A stretch of 64,000 nt of DNA from assembly GCA_001643675.2 (NCBI GenBank), contig LSRY02000012.1, positions 620,001-684,000 of the forward strand. The letters are read 5' to 3'. Each line of letters opens with the position of its first letter. Positions within the stretch are counted from its first letter, which is position 1. This DNA comes from Monocercomonoides exilis PA203. Its lineage: Eukaryota; Protista; Preaxostyla. The translations under genes were made by a program, and so were the position numbers. This document shows, one piece after another, positions 1-13,564 of this stretch. The notes beneath the pieces were generated by a model. That model was given only the letters and a program-made list of their open reading frames with translations, searched no databases and had not been told where the DNA came from.

Positions 1-229
1 CACATGCATCAATAAATATGTTAGTTATACAAAATTACTACATAGTTGAAATTTTTAATTATTCCATATTCATTTCATTTATAAAAATTATTTTCTTTTT
101 TGACGATTTTTGATTAAAATTTTTATTGAATATTATTCCAAATTGTATTATTTGAAATGAATATAAAATTATTAAAAATTTCAACTATGTAGTAATTTTG
201 CATAACTAACATATTTATTGATGCATGTG
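1..229. mobile_element. MITE-like inverted-repeat element, ~77-bp arms (1-77 and 153-229); left end may lie outside the window
   Basis: CACATGCATCAATAAATATGTTAGTTATACAAAATTACTACATAGTTGAAATTTTTAA at 1 is the near-perfect reverse complement of 172-229; AT-rich non-coding spacer. Confidence 0.7.
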
Positions 230-914
230 TTAAATTCACTTGGATGTTTTTGTGTTTTGCAAAAAATATTTTTTCAGTTATCCCATTGGCAATGATTTTT
301 CAAAAATGACGGTTTTTCATTCCATTAGAAAGAGCAAATTGTGGAAAATAAAAAATAACCAGAACAGTTCACAACAAAGAAAAAATAAGTTATATGTATA
401 AAAGATGAACTGAATCGTTTAATTAGAATAGAAAAATTCATCATAAGTCAGATTTTCAAAAATAAAAATTATTTATTTATTCATCAATACAACACAATTA
501 TCAAAAATTTGTATATGGCTAGATGTGTTATATGCTAATGCATAACAATGTGAATTACTATAATTTTTCTTTAGAAACTCGTCGAGAAATATGAATTTTA
601 ATAAAAAGTCCGGGATTTCGAAAAATTCCCGGGTTTCTGAACTAGGGTACTTACCTTTTCGAAATTTCTGATACTTTATTAACATGCTTATTCCTTCTTC
701 TTCCTCTAAATCTCGCAACAAACAGCTACCTTTTCAACAGATTGCAGAAAATACTCCAATGAGCAATAATGATTCATTCGCTTCGTAAATAAAAAATGAC
801 AATTTCAAGTTTCACTTCCTCTCGCTATTTGGATTAAGTTATGTGAAATGGAAATATTTAAGCGAGCTGAGGTAAAAAGAAAAAAATAATAATAAAAACT
901 TAAAGAATGAGGTG

Positions 915-3900
915 TTATTGCGTTAATGAATTCGGCCGCTTCGAGTTCTTCTTCTTTCTTCCTGATTTCTGCTTCTCTGAAATGTCTTTCCAGCGCTCAT
1001 CAACTCTGAAGAATTTGTTCGTATCCTCTTCAATCTTCCTCTGCAAATAGCCCAGCGCAGCCAAGTTAAAAGACAGCTCGTCTCTTTTCTGCTCCAGCGA
1101 CTTCTCCAACGCTGACGCCACCGCCGTCACAGCCGCTGTGTCTGCTGCGCTGTGCACAGGCCCCGTCAGCTGCGAGTTGTGGATGGTGACAAGCGTGTGC
1201 GCCACACGGTGCAGAAGCTCAGACTCCTCCATGTGCGACGACAGCACTGCTGGGACCAGCGAAAGAAGACGCCCTGCATTAGCATAGGAAAGTGCAGATA
1301 GCACTGTCGGAAGCGAAGCCCGAGGAATAAACTTAAGCTGGCGGAGCAGGGGCGATTCTGTTGGTTGCTTTGGAGCCGAAGTGGTGACAACATACATGTC
1401 TTCTTCATCTTCTTCCTCGTTCTCTTCATCCATTTCCTCATCCTCCTCATTCTCCCCGTCTTTCCCTTCCTCTCCTTCTTTTTTGCTCCTCTTCATCTTC
1501 TTTGCTTCGTTCTCAGACTCAGCAATGGACGACAGCTGTCTCTGTAACCTCTCCTCTTGCTCAATGCCTTCCAGCAGAGCATCTACGCCTTTCAGCGTCT
1601 CTGCTGTTCCTTTCTCAACAATCGCACCCGTTCCCCTCTCCCCAGTCGACGTCTGCGCCTCGTCAATCATCTCAATCATCTCCTTCTCCAGTATCTCCTC
1701 ATCCCTGTCTTCCTCATCTTCCCCTTTGAAAATCTGCGCCTGTGTCCGAATCCACAGCCGCACTCCTCTTTCTGTCCCCGCAGCAAACACTGCTCCTCCG
1801 TCTGAAGACACAGCGAGGCCAAGCAAAGACCCAGCTGGGTTTCCTCGGAGCGTCTGCGCACAGTCAAAATCGTCTCCGTCCCACATTTTGATGTCCCCTT
1901 CTCTTCCGCAGCTGAGGCAGTAGTGCGTCCCTCTAAGAGGCACAATTCCTGTGATAGGCGCCGTGTGCCCGCGCATCTTCCCTCTCAGATCTCCCCGCTG
2001 TGCAGACCACACACGCACGTCTTTGTCAGCACCGCCAGAGAACAGCAGAAGTGAATCAGACGAGAAAGCCAGAGCTGTCACAGGCAGTGAGTGCCCGTAG
2101 CAGCTCAGAGCGTATTTCAGCGTGTACTCAAAAAACAGCTGGATCGTCGAGTCGCTCAGACCAGCTGCCACAAGCTTGCCGTCTGGTGAGAATGCAACAC
2201 AGAGAATGTCGTCGTTCAGACGTAAAGTCCGGCGGTGCTTCAGACTCAGCACGGTTTTTGTGGACGTTGTCCCAATAGAAGCAGAAGCAGAAGATTGTTC
2301 ATTGGAGGACGAGGGCTTGTCTGATTGCGAGGTGGATGTGTTATCACCAGCACTTCCTTTTTTGCCTTTCTGAGCAGAATTTCGCGAGATTCGCTTTTGG
2401 CTCCCTTTTTTCGACAGAAGCTCCTCCTCTTCTTTCACATCCTCTTTCACATCTTTTTCTTTCTCTTTCCCTTTCTGCTCTTCCTTCGCATCTGCTTCCA
2501 GCGGCTCTGCCTTCTTCACTTCCAACGCAAAGTCCCAGAAGTGTATCTCTCCACCAGCGCCTGCAGATGCAATGCCTTTGGACTCCGCAGTGCTGCCTTT
2601 GTCATCCGGTTGCAGTGCAATGCTCCACACTGCCCCAGTTCTGTCCTTCTTCACCGTCACTTTCTCCGCCGTTGCGATATCAAATACCTCAATCAGCCCT
2701 TCCGTCGTGCCGCACAGCACGTAGCGGTCTCCAGGCGCGAAGATGACACACGCCGGAGACGAAGACGGCAGCGTGCGGATGGGCGCGTGTGTCTTGGTGT
2801 TCCAGATGCACAGCTGCTGTGCAGAGACCGTAGCGAGCAGCGCAGCGCCGGACGAGAGTGCAACAGAACGGACGGGCGACGGATGTCCCACGTTGCTCAT
2901 TCTCAGATGAAGAGAAGGAAGAGACGGGGCAGCAGCAGCAGCGCCACGTGACTGCTTCGGGTGCTGGACGATGTATGACTCGATGGAGTTGTTGTTTAAG
3001 CCCAGGAGAATAAGAGTCGGGGGATGAGTGCCAGATGAATGGGCAATTCCTGTGGGGCTTGTGCAAAAATCGACAGAGACTGTTTTGCCAGTTGTGGTGA
3101 TGACTGAGTGGAACACGAACAGATCTGAAGGAGCAAGAAAAAGAGCAGCGGATGATGTGTCACCTTGCTCAGTGGAGCCAGATGAAGGAGTAGAAAGTAA
3201 AGAAGAAGAAGAAGAAGTTTCATTTTCAGTTTTCTTTCCGGATTTTTTGCCTTTTTTCTTTGACTTTGCTGACGAAAGAAGAGAATCGTCTTCTTCTTTT
3301 TTAATCAACAAGTCGTCGTCTTCTTCTTTCTTCACTCCATCGGCGTCTTCTTCATCCCATCCGCCTTTCTCTTTCATTCGCTTTTCTCTCCTGTTGATAT
3401 GCTTAAGTGCATCAGACCACTCACGAACACGGAAAATCTCTGCTTTGTTTGTCGTTCCGATGATGGCAAGAAGCGATTGTGCTTGGCCTTTGGAACGGTC
3501 AGTGGGCATTCCTGGCAATGAAGAAGAAGAAGAAGAAGAGGAGGAGGAGGAGGAAGCTGTTGATAAAGAGGAAGAATTGCCGCTGGTTGAAGACTTCGAA
3601 AATTTGATCTCGTTGATTCTGCCAAGTTTTGTCTGTGTCAAAGGAAGAGTTCCGATGAAGTGAGCAATTGGCTTAAAAAGGCTGTTCTCGGAAGACCAGT
3701 TCACATCGTCTTCGTCGGAGTTTTCTTTGGCTTTTTCTTGTGCCTTGGATGATCCTTTGCCTTTTTGCTCTTGATTTTTTTTGCTCTTTCCTTTATCCAA
3801 TCTCCATACTCTCACCTCATTTTCAATGCCTCCTCCGATGAGCACCCGTTCGTCTGCATCAACAGAAATGGACCATACTTCTCTCGCAGCGCCCAACAAC

Positions 3901-4707
3901 GTTTGAATGCAGTGTCTAGTATCTATATCCCACAATTTGATTGATCCATCCTTTGAAGAAGTAATTAAAATGCCAAGTTTTGGAGCAAAAATAAGTGAAG
4001 TGACCGCAGCAACATGGCCTGTGAGCCTCATAATTCCACGCTCTCCAAGTATGTCCCATATGACCACGTCAGAGTCGAGTGATCCAGATGCTAGAAGAGA
4101 TCCATTTGGGTGAAATGATAAGCATGTTACAGAAGAGGTATGACCATGAAATATTGCACGAACATCTTTACTCGGAACGACTGAATCAACATGTGAAGCG
4201 GTATCACTCAAGGATGGAACTCTCAAAGGAAATGAATCAGATTCCTCGAGATTGTCAAATGATGAAGGTAAATCATAAATTCGCACAGAACCATCAGAAC
4301 AACTGAATTATATAAATTTGATTTAAGAAATGTCTCTCATAAAATCAACGATAACACATACCCCAAGGCGCATGTTTTCCAATCTGCTGAAACAGCCAAA
4401 GAATCAACAATTGTTCCAAGTTTTCCTTTCAATATCAGAATCTAGAATACATGATGATGTTAGAAAACGCACATCATAATTCCAAAGCATGCCATTTAAT
4501 TCAAATAATCAATCAAATCAATAAATTAAAGTATATTTATTTATAAAAAGAAAAAACTTCTTTTCCGAGCTTCATATTCCAAATCACTGCATTTTCCAAC
4601 ACAGCAGCAATCACATATTTACCCGTTCGATCATATAGAACCTTTCCATTTGATGTCAAAAGGCCAAAATTGCACTGATGCTGATATTTTAAGAAAGCTT
4701 TCACCAT
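915..4707 (-). CDS. UTP12: U3 snoRNP/SSU processome WD40 protein Utp12/Dip2/WDR3 (exons 4707-4558, 4441-4362, 4302-915)
   Basis: N-terminus MVKAFLKYQHQCNFGLLTS...AVLENAVIWNMK matches the Dip2 start; many WD40 repeats (GHTSSVTCLSF, LKYALSCYGHSLPV); C-terminal Utp12 domain ending RDELSFNLAALGYL; two phase-compatible GT-AG introns. Confidence 0.92.
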
Positions 4708-5065
4708 TATGATCAAGCATGACCATATTAATAAAATTTGAAAAGAGTTTAATAAAAAAAGTTTTCGAAAAAGAAAAGAACATATTTGATATAAACAGTT
4801 TATTTATTTTAACACAGTGAAAGTAGAACAAACATTTCAAATAGGATTAATCAAAAAGTTGAATTGATCAAAAAGAAAATTATCCTCAATGAAGAAAAAA
4901 ACAAAATGCCAAATTTTCAATACAAATATAAAATTTGAAAGATTAAATTCAATATTTCTGGTGGGCTTTGTGAGGGTTGATTTGCAAACTTGATATTTAA
5001 TGAAATTCACATTTTAAGCATATATAAAAAAAATAAGTGGAGAATTTTTCATATTCTTTTAGGGT

Positions 5066-6475
5066 TTAAAGATTTGAAATCTTATGAATATAGCAGAAAA
5101 TGATGTCTTCACAGCCTTCTTCCTCTGACTTTGCATACATTTTTATTTTCAAGTTTTTTTTCTCTCCATGTCTTCTCTTTCATTGCAATTCCTTTCATTT
5201 AATCTTCCTTTCAGATGAATTAAAAATGAGAGATAATAACGGTTTGACAATTGATCCTGTGAAGGCGAACTAATTTCCTCCAAAATGGCTTAAATAACCC
5301 CTCCTTCCAGCAACTTAGAAACGCTAACTTTTTCGACAGATACCATTATCTCAAAAAGTTCAATACACTTTACGTAAGCCACGTTAAAGTAATCTTTTGT
5401 TGTTTCATACAGCTTGCTATTGTATGCAATCAGCTCATCATATTCTTCTCCTGTTGCGTTGAAGCATATGAATAAAGCCATCTCACAACGATGAACTCTT
5501 CTTTCGTTTCTTTCGCTTTTGGAAATTCCTCTTCTTTTTGATTGTAGTTGATGATTCTTGTTAGCTCTTCTAGTTCTCTTATTGCTTCTTTCACAAAATG
5601 CAACTCACTAACAGTTTCATCTTTAAACCCTTCTTCAAAAGAGATTCTTTTTTTCAAAAATTCCCAAGCAGATTGATAGGCAAGTGGAGCGAGGTTGCGA
5701 TGCCCCTGATGGGATTGGATTATTTCTGTGACATCTTTCAGAAACAAGTCTTTTTCTCGTTTCTGTCAAAAAAAAGTGAAATAGAATTCATTATATTTAA
5801 ATGAAATTAGCATCATATAAACTGAGTTATTCAGGATCAGACTTCGAACATGTCTGAATTTCTCAAAGTCAATAAAGCTATTTCCGTCTCTTTTCGTGTT
5901 TCCTGACTATCATCTTTGCTTAACGCAACTTTCAGAAGACAAGGTGCACAAATGGAAATGAAGCAATTAGAATAGATTTCGTTGTGCAGCATTTAAAAGC
6001 ATTCACAAAGATCAATAAGCAGCTTTTCATTCTTTTCATCTTTTTTCTCCCCTTCATCGATCATCATCTTCTCGAATCTTTTTTTTACAATTATCCATCA
6101 AAAGAAATCCTGATGGATTCTTTCATATGGGAACAATATCCTAAGTGCTTCAATAGAAATAAAATATTCCCCACTGAAACTTTCCTCTCCTCAATTATTT
6201 TGTCAATTTCATCGAACGTTTCTTCATTGCAAGTATTTTCCATTTCACTATCATTCATGTTGTCTATGAGTTCATTCATTTCTTTAATTTTCTGTCTTTG
6301 TTCTTCTGAAGAGAAATTTTTCAATTCTAATCATATTTCTGAATAAGCATCATAGATAAAACGTTTAATTTGATTAGTATTTATTCAAAATCAAACGTGA
6401 AAACTTTTCTGTTAAGGCGTTTGCCTCGAGAGATAAATCAACTTTCAACAATCATGAAAATGCATTTCGAAACAT
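5066..6475 (-). pseudogene. Degraded copy of a lineage-expanded alpha-helical/ARM-like protein family
   Basis: Collinear fragments EEQRQKIKEMNELID, EKNEKLLIDLCECF*, VALSKDDSQETRKETEIALL, HRNLAPLAYQSAWEFL, EEEGCED broken by in-frame stops and frameshifts; family recognised from memory of oxymonad proteins. Confidence 0.7.
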
Positions 6476-6725
6476 ATTTGTAGAAAATAAAAACATTGAA
6501 TAATATCTCACAATTTAATACAATTTATTAAACTCTCAATAATTATTTGACCCTGTTATCCATTCTTTCATTTGACATAATGCACGTATTTATGGGGATG
6601 ATTGAATGAATTTTTAATTTATAAACATTGAGTTTTATGATAAATAAAACAAAAACAAATAATACAATCATAATAAAAAAAAGTTTCATTCACCAAAATC
6701 AAAAATTCATCTTTTTTTAAAAGTT

Positions 6726-7939
6726 ATGGTCATAATGAATTTTGAAAACAAGCCAAAACTCGAAGATTTAAGAGCAAATCTTATTGAATTAACAAACCCA
6801 AAACTAGGTATAAATATTTATGTTTGCTTGAAAGAAAAACTATTTGGCATTGTTTGTTTTAAAGATGAAAGAGAAAAATTAATAAATCCACAGCGTTCTG
6901 ATCTAGAAGAGCGATTAGTCAAAGGTCTCCAGCTTGGGGAGAAAGGCTTGATTATTTGGAAAAAATGCAATTATTTATTTCATTCTTTTTTGGTTGTTTT
7001 CCTCTGATTATGCATTTTCAATAGTTGCCGATCGCTCTCCTGCTGATAGAATGCTTGATGCAACTTTTTTATCGTCTATGTCCAGATTATGCGCAGAGCA
7101 AGGGTTTTTAATTTTATCATTAATTTCAGATTAAAAATATCAAATAAAACAAAATATTAATAATCAATTCGTTCTTTGTTGCTCCAATTGCAAATTCAGA
7201 AAGCGTCTAATTCCTCAAAAATACACTCCAAGAGGTTTTATGACCAAACTTTTGGAGAAGTATTCATTTGGAAATGCAAGGAATAATGCTCAAAGGATGC
7301 ATCAACAGCAAACACAATCAATTGATTCACCTTTTAACATGGATTTAAAAGCAGAAACAATTGATCCAATTGATGAATCATTACAGAGTGATGACAATAT
7401 GAGTTTTCAAAACGAAGTTAGAGATTCAAGTGAAGACCAAAAGTTTGATTGGAAAAGGCTGTCTAATGATGTTCGAGGAATTATTAGAAGAATTGGTGGT
7501 ATTGATACAATGTGTGCAAGAATGATATTATGCATATATTTTGCATCACTGTTATAAAATTAAATTTTTTGTTTTTGTTTCAAAAAAATGTTTGCATTTT
7601 TTCAACATATTTAACATTTTAATGCCAATTGTTGCCATCCACTCAAAAGGATTGGGCCAATGGCTTTGGAAAAAAAGAAAGTGATAAAAAAAAGAGGAGG
7701 AGGAGCACTTGAAGCGACAACTCAAGGAACGGTTTGGTTTATATTACATAATTTTTCTATCTCTATATTTATTTTTTTTTTCTTTTTTCTTTTTTTGGAA
7801 AAAAAATGTGATTTTTTGAATGACAATGCAATTTTACAATTATTCACACGCGAATTGTTCATTTTTCTTAAATATTCTTATTCATATACAATTCATTTCC
7901 TCTCCCCTCTTTCTAATGCTCTTTTTAAAAAAAACCTCT

Positions 7940-7976
<37 letters not shown>

Positions 7977-9261
7977 AGCACGTCGCCCCCTCGGCACAGG
8001 ACAACTCAGCTCTAACACGCATGAAAGAGACATACGACAAGCTGACCAGCCAAGGCGGCTGCGGGCTGTTTGACTTCGGAATCATCCCTGGCGACTTCAC
8101 GTCGACTGTTGAGACGTTCTTTGACCTGTCCAGCTTGGCGTTCCGGGGGCAGGTGGAGATACGCCCGTCGCATGCTCTAATAGAGACACAGTCGCTGGAG
8201 TCTATTGCAGGTGGGCAAAGGCACAATGTGAAAGATAAAGACAAAGGCGATGGTGATATCTCAGAGAAAGGAAAGGATCAACAAGAAGCAAAAGAATCAA
8301 AGGAATCAAAAGAATCACAAGATGGCGATAAAGTCGTGAGCAACTTGGAAGCACATCGTTTTGAAATTGTGCCGTTAATTGGTTTGTATATGTTTTTTTA
8401 TTGAGATGATGAGATTGTGTTGCTTGAGGCAATGGTGAAAATGGAGATGAAAATGTTGTTAATTTTGAATTCTTTTTATTTGTTTTCCTTATCTTAAAAA
8501 TTAATGTGTAATATTATAACTTGCCAAAACGCATCGTTTCCATTCAATTTTATCTCTTTTCTTGTTTATTTTTATTTATTTGTTTGTTTGTCAAATTATT
8601 TTGTTTGTTTTATTTTCTTTTTCTTTTTTTCTTTTTCTCTTTTTCTTTTTCTCTTTCTGTCAATTGACAAATAACACCTACAGAATGCGTTCCAGTTGAT
8701 TCAAAACGTCCGCAGGTGACACGTTCGCGCTGCACACTTCATTTGGACGCGTGTCAACTTCAGCTTCTTCAGCAGCTCACAGCCATCTCCTGCCTCCCTT
8801 CTGTTGATCGACAGTCAATTGCATCAGAGATTCCTTCTTTGCCTGTGCTCGACGAGAACACAACAGAGAAAAATAGCGTTCCTTCACTGAAGCTCAATCC
8901 ATTCAGCTTGCCTTCTGCTTCGCTTCCTTCTTCTTCTTCTTTTGTAAGCACTTCACGCAAATCCACTTCGCAAAACAAATCACTTCGACGCATTTCTTCT
9001 TCACAAAAGCAACAACCGAGCAATAAAGACGAAATCATTGAAATAATCGATATAATCAGCAGCAGTGAAAGTGACGGCGATGGATCTGATTTTCATGTCA
9101 AAGACGAAGAAGACAACGTCCCAGTAATTAATGCTTCAAAAATAATAAGACGTTCTAGACCGGTTAGACCAGAACGGCAAGCACTTCACATTCCCGATGG
9201 AGCACCAAGTGAAATTATAAGCGTTTCTGATGAAAGTTCAGATGGATTGCCACAGCTTTAG
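6726..9261 (+). CDS. NSE4: Putative Nse4/EID3 kleisin of the Smc5/6 complex (multi-exon)
   Basis: Exon motif GLFDFGIIPGDFTSTVETFFDLSSLAFRGQVEI resembles Nse4_C (LFxFxxxPxSFxQTVENLFxxSFLxxxGxxxI); N-terminal DRMLDATFLSSMS; later RCTLHLD; GT-AG introns between coding blocks. Confidence 0.65.
7943..7974. repeat. (CA)16 microsatellite ending at an intron acceptor (CAG 7973-7975)
   Basis: direct reading. Confidence 0.95.
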
Positions 9262-9378
9262 ATCAAATGTTGGAAAGAATTACTTTTGTGTATTTATGGC
9301 ATGCTCATTTCATACCTTGGATTTTGTTTTTCGTGAATTTTTTTGTACCATTTTTATTTTTTTATTTTTTATTTTCAT

Positions 9379-12300
9379 ATGAAATGTTCGAAAATACAAA
9401 GTTCATCAAACAATAGACTCAAAACTTCGTTTATAGTAATAACAAATACTCAGAATTTACTGTTGAATACAAATCCAAAGCTGCTCAATTTTTCAACATA
9501 TATTTCAATCATTCAAGATGTTCTAAAGACTGACGTAATTGGTGAATGTCGAAGGCTTGTTTTAGGGGGATACAACTTTGTTTTTTTAACTTCAGAGCCG
9601 TACTATTTCATGGCATGCTCTTCAGACAAACTTTCAATTCCACTTCTTCCTCTTCAAATTCACATCGTAAAACAAATTGTTTTTGCAATATTCGGTTCAA
9701 AAACCAATGTAAATAACTTGTATAGGACATACATCTATTTGTATTTTTCTTTTCTATGTTTTCAAAAACATTTTTTTTTAATTTTTTCAGATCTGTGCAA
9801 ACTTTTGAAGAATTGCAACTTCAATTATCCAATCATGTCTCAACCTTTTGTAAACTGCTTTTCACAAATATTTCATTTGTTGTTCAAGGATTTTCGAAAG
9901 TTGTCATTTCGCCATCAGAAAATCCACTTGATTATATTGAAACAGTATTTCCCTCTTACACACATGCCTTTCTGTTTCACGATTCTTATATCCTTGATGA
10001 ACGATTCAAAAAAGGCTATGGTAAGATGTTCGTTGAAGATATTTTGCTGCTGCAGATTCATGCAAAATTGTCTCTTGATTTTCTTCAGCAAAAAGAGCAA
10101 GATGACGAAAGCGAACAGATGGAAGCTCCAACTATCTTACGAGCAGCAACAAGCCCTGGAGTTTCGGTTATGTCTTTTCGATCGCAACATGACTTTCAGT
10201 ATATTGATGATCTTACAACTCTCCCAACAAGCAGCTCTATTCTATTTTTTCGAGAATATGGAAAGCATAACAAGTATGTCCTTATTCATTTTCTTCCTCT
10301 TTAGCATTTTTATTTTATTTTTGAAAATTTAAGAATAATTTATGTTAAGCGTTGCGTCAAGTTGTTTCGCTTGCACAAAGGCACTTCTCTTGTTGTTGTG
10401 TTGAAGTCAATGGATCGTTCTACTAAATCAATGCTCAAAAACAAAGATGAATTTTCAAGACAGAAAAATTCAATGAAAAGCCCGTCTTTATCATCTTCTA
10501 TTGATCATCTGCCAGCCAAGTCTTCTTCTTCTTCTTCTTCTTCTTCTTCTTCTTCTTCACAGAAAGATCAATTTCTATCAAAGACAACAGCATTGCCATT
10601 TGATGGATTGAAGCCGTCGGTTCTTCCACAGCATCTTTCTGCTCGCACAGACTTGTTCTATTCGTGCTCTCACCCGTCTTTCGCAAAATCCTTGCTGGCT
10701 GTTCAACAGCAGTATGTAGCTGTGGCTCGAGTTCATTGACTTTTTTTTAAATTGATCTTAAAAAATTTGGTTTTATTTTATTTTATTTTATTTTATTTTA
10801 TTTTATTTTGAAAGCATTTTTCTCTGTTTTCTGTTGCGAATGAAAAAACAAACAAATAAATCAACATTATTCTTTATTTTTTGAACATATTTTCATCCTG
10901 AAGCGAGAAGCGCAACACTTTGTCTTCATACGTCTTGCACAAGCACAGCATCCGATCACACAAATTCCAAATGAAAGAGAACATCTCTTTTCCTTCACCC
11001 ATCTCTGCTTCATCATCTCCTTCTTCTTCTTCTCTTTCTTCTTCTTCTTCCCCTCTATCCATGCAAAGCTCCCACAGCACCTCAAGCCATTTCACATCAG
11101 ACCCTTCTCTTCCTCTCCACACACCGCATTTTCTCTCTCCCTTTCCCTCTGCCCACTTCGCATTCCCTCCCACTGCCTCTGACAAATACACCCGCACAAT
11201 GAAGACTGTCTCTTCGCAGCAGCCGTTCCGCCGCCTTCTCCACTTCTCCTTTGTAAACCGCACCACTAACACTTTAATCACGCCCAGCCTCGACTTACCA
11301 GAACTGGCTGTTTTCTTGTCAAATCAGAAAAACCAGAGAAAAACCAGAAGGATGAGTGAGAAGGAGTGGATTAAGCAGCAGTTGCACGCTGAGCCAAAGA
11401 CACCCACAGCCACACGCACAACCACAGTCACACCCACAACCACACAAACAGCTGTTTTCAAAGGGCTTCACACAGACCCGCGCCCAAAACGAGGCACAGC
11501 TTTTGTTTCATCTGCTGTTCAGTCTCATTCTATGCCGTTTAATCCTGATAGAGTTGTCAATCCAGCAGCAGGAACAGCAAAAGTACAAGCATCATCAGTA
11601 TTATCAGCAGTATCAGCGTTATCAGCAGCGCCTGTTCGCACACTCACAATGTCTGAAGCATCGTCTTTGAGGCAGGCGAAGATGTCCCCGCTGTCCACAC
11701 CACCGCCGATGAATAGAAGCAAAGAGTGGTTTGGAGGAGATGGGCAGAAGGAGAAGATGGAGAAGGATCTGCCGTTTTCAAGGCAAAGAAGACAAGATTA
11801 CATGAAACTCCATTTCGCTTGGCTGTCTGAAGGAAAAGAGGGGAAGGAAAAAGAGAAAGAAGATGCAAAGGTTAAAAAGTCCAAAAAGAAGAAGAAAATT
11901 AATCAGACAAATAAAGAGGATCAATTGCATACCCAGTCATCGAACAGTGGTTCGCTGCCTGTCAAGTCGCCAGCCCAAACAAAGTTGTCTGATTTTGAGA
12001 ATGAAACGATTGAAGAAAACGCTTTTCCAAACAAAAAGCAGAAAGCGAAGAAGAAGAAGAAGAAGAAGAAGAATACGACGAAAAAACCAAAAAGAATCGA
12101 AGATATTTTAAATGAGGCTCTTCTTCTTTCAGTCGCATTTCCTGATTACTTCGTTCCTCCAGTGTATTCCTCCAGCCAGCAAAAGCCCATTTCTCGTATC
12201 CAGTCATCTTTAACGATATTTCGCTCAACCAATTCAGCTACGGAAGGTTCAACGCATTCAGATACATCAGCCTTTTCTTCTTCCAATGCTCCTTATTCAT

Positions 12301-13367
12301 CAGCACATTCATCAGGACAATTATCTCTGTCATCATCATCATCATCAACTACTGCTGCTGCTGCTTCTTCATCTCCTTCTCCCTTCTCTCCCTCTTCTTG
12401 CCCTTCTTTTTCCATTTCTCCGTTCTCTCGCAATTCTCCGGTGATTTCGCACTGTGCTATTCGATATCCTCCCTTTCTGTTAGTTCACACACTGCATTCC
12501 GTCACAGTGTCCGTGGTGAGAGGAAGCCTTGCCAGAAACCTGTGGGAAACCAGAGAAAAATACAAAGTGTGGTTTAAGCAGCAGAAATCGATGCTGAAAA
12601 GGAAAATGCTGATTGAAAGACTCCAAAGGAAAAGAGAGAAAGAAATACGAAAACGCAGAGAGAAACAAGAAATGCGAAAAGTTGGAAAGAAAGAATCAGA
12701 TGAAAACGAAAACGAAAATGAAAACGCTGATGCGGTTTCATCATCTTCTTCTTCAATTTCTTCTTCTTCTTCTTCTGCCTTGCTTCATCCAACCCACAAG
12801 TCAAAAAGCCGAAAAGTCAAAACATGCGATTCTGCAGACTCAACATCGCAACAGTCTTTCTCTTCGTGTTCCTCTCCGCCTTCTTCGCTTTCGTCTCCGT
12901 TTGTCTTCATCCGCTCACACAATCCTCTTCCTTCTGCTAATCTTACGAATCTTTATAATTTCACTAATTCTTCCGATTATAATTCCTATCAAGCAGAAGG
13001 CGACTGGGCAGAGCAAGCCACAGGTGCCTACCGCAGTCAGAAGCTGGCCAAGCAGATGAAAGAAGAAGAAGCAGCACGACTGAAAAGAGAAGAAAGAATG
13101 CGCCGAAAGGCAAAAACCAGCCAGAGCGAGAACGAGAGAGAGAGCGAAAATGATACTGTTTCACTCAACATGGACACATTCAGTGGAGAAATCAGCGCGA
13201 CTTCTGATAAAAGCAGAGGGGAAAAGAACTGCGAAGAGCGTGTGACTATGCTGTGTGAGCTGTCGTGCGTGTACGACGGCTGCATGGCGACGCCTGAGGC
13301 GGTCCTCACAAACCAGCTGCTGGTTGAGTATCTGCTGAGAAAAAGAGGCGGTGCGTGTTTGAGATGA
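9379..13367 (+). CDS. HPS1: HPS1/Mon1/Fuzzy-family tri-longin protein, closest to HPS1 (about 4 exons, large Ser/Lys-rich insertions)
   Basis: Longin-1-like GGYNFVFLTSEPYYFMACSS...LPLQIHIVKQIVFAIFG; longin-3 LLHFSFVNRTTNTLITPSL (cf. HPS1 LVHFIYVDRTTGQMVAPSL); C-terminal CELSCVY...NQLLVEYL. Confidence 0.62.
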
Positions 13368-13454
13368 ATGCGGACTTTTTTTCGAATGAAAAGAAGAAAG
13401 TAATTCTAATTTCCTTTCAAAAAAGTGAATAAAATGTATTCATTCTGTAACTAA

Positions 13455-13564
13455 TTGACTGACTCACTAAATTAATAGATGAATGAATGAATGACTCAAT
13501 CACTCGCTCACTCACTCACTCACTCACTCACTCACTCAATCAATCAATCAATCAATCAATCAAT
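13455..13564. repeat. Compound tetranucleotide microsatellite (TGAC/TGAA/CACT/TCAA) between convergent genes
   Basis: direct reading. Confidence 0.85.

Noticed and set aside
473-721. 82-aa minus-strand ORF
   Set aside because: TTG start, no recognisable motif or clear splice partner; cannot be supported as a gene, though it may be a fragment
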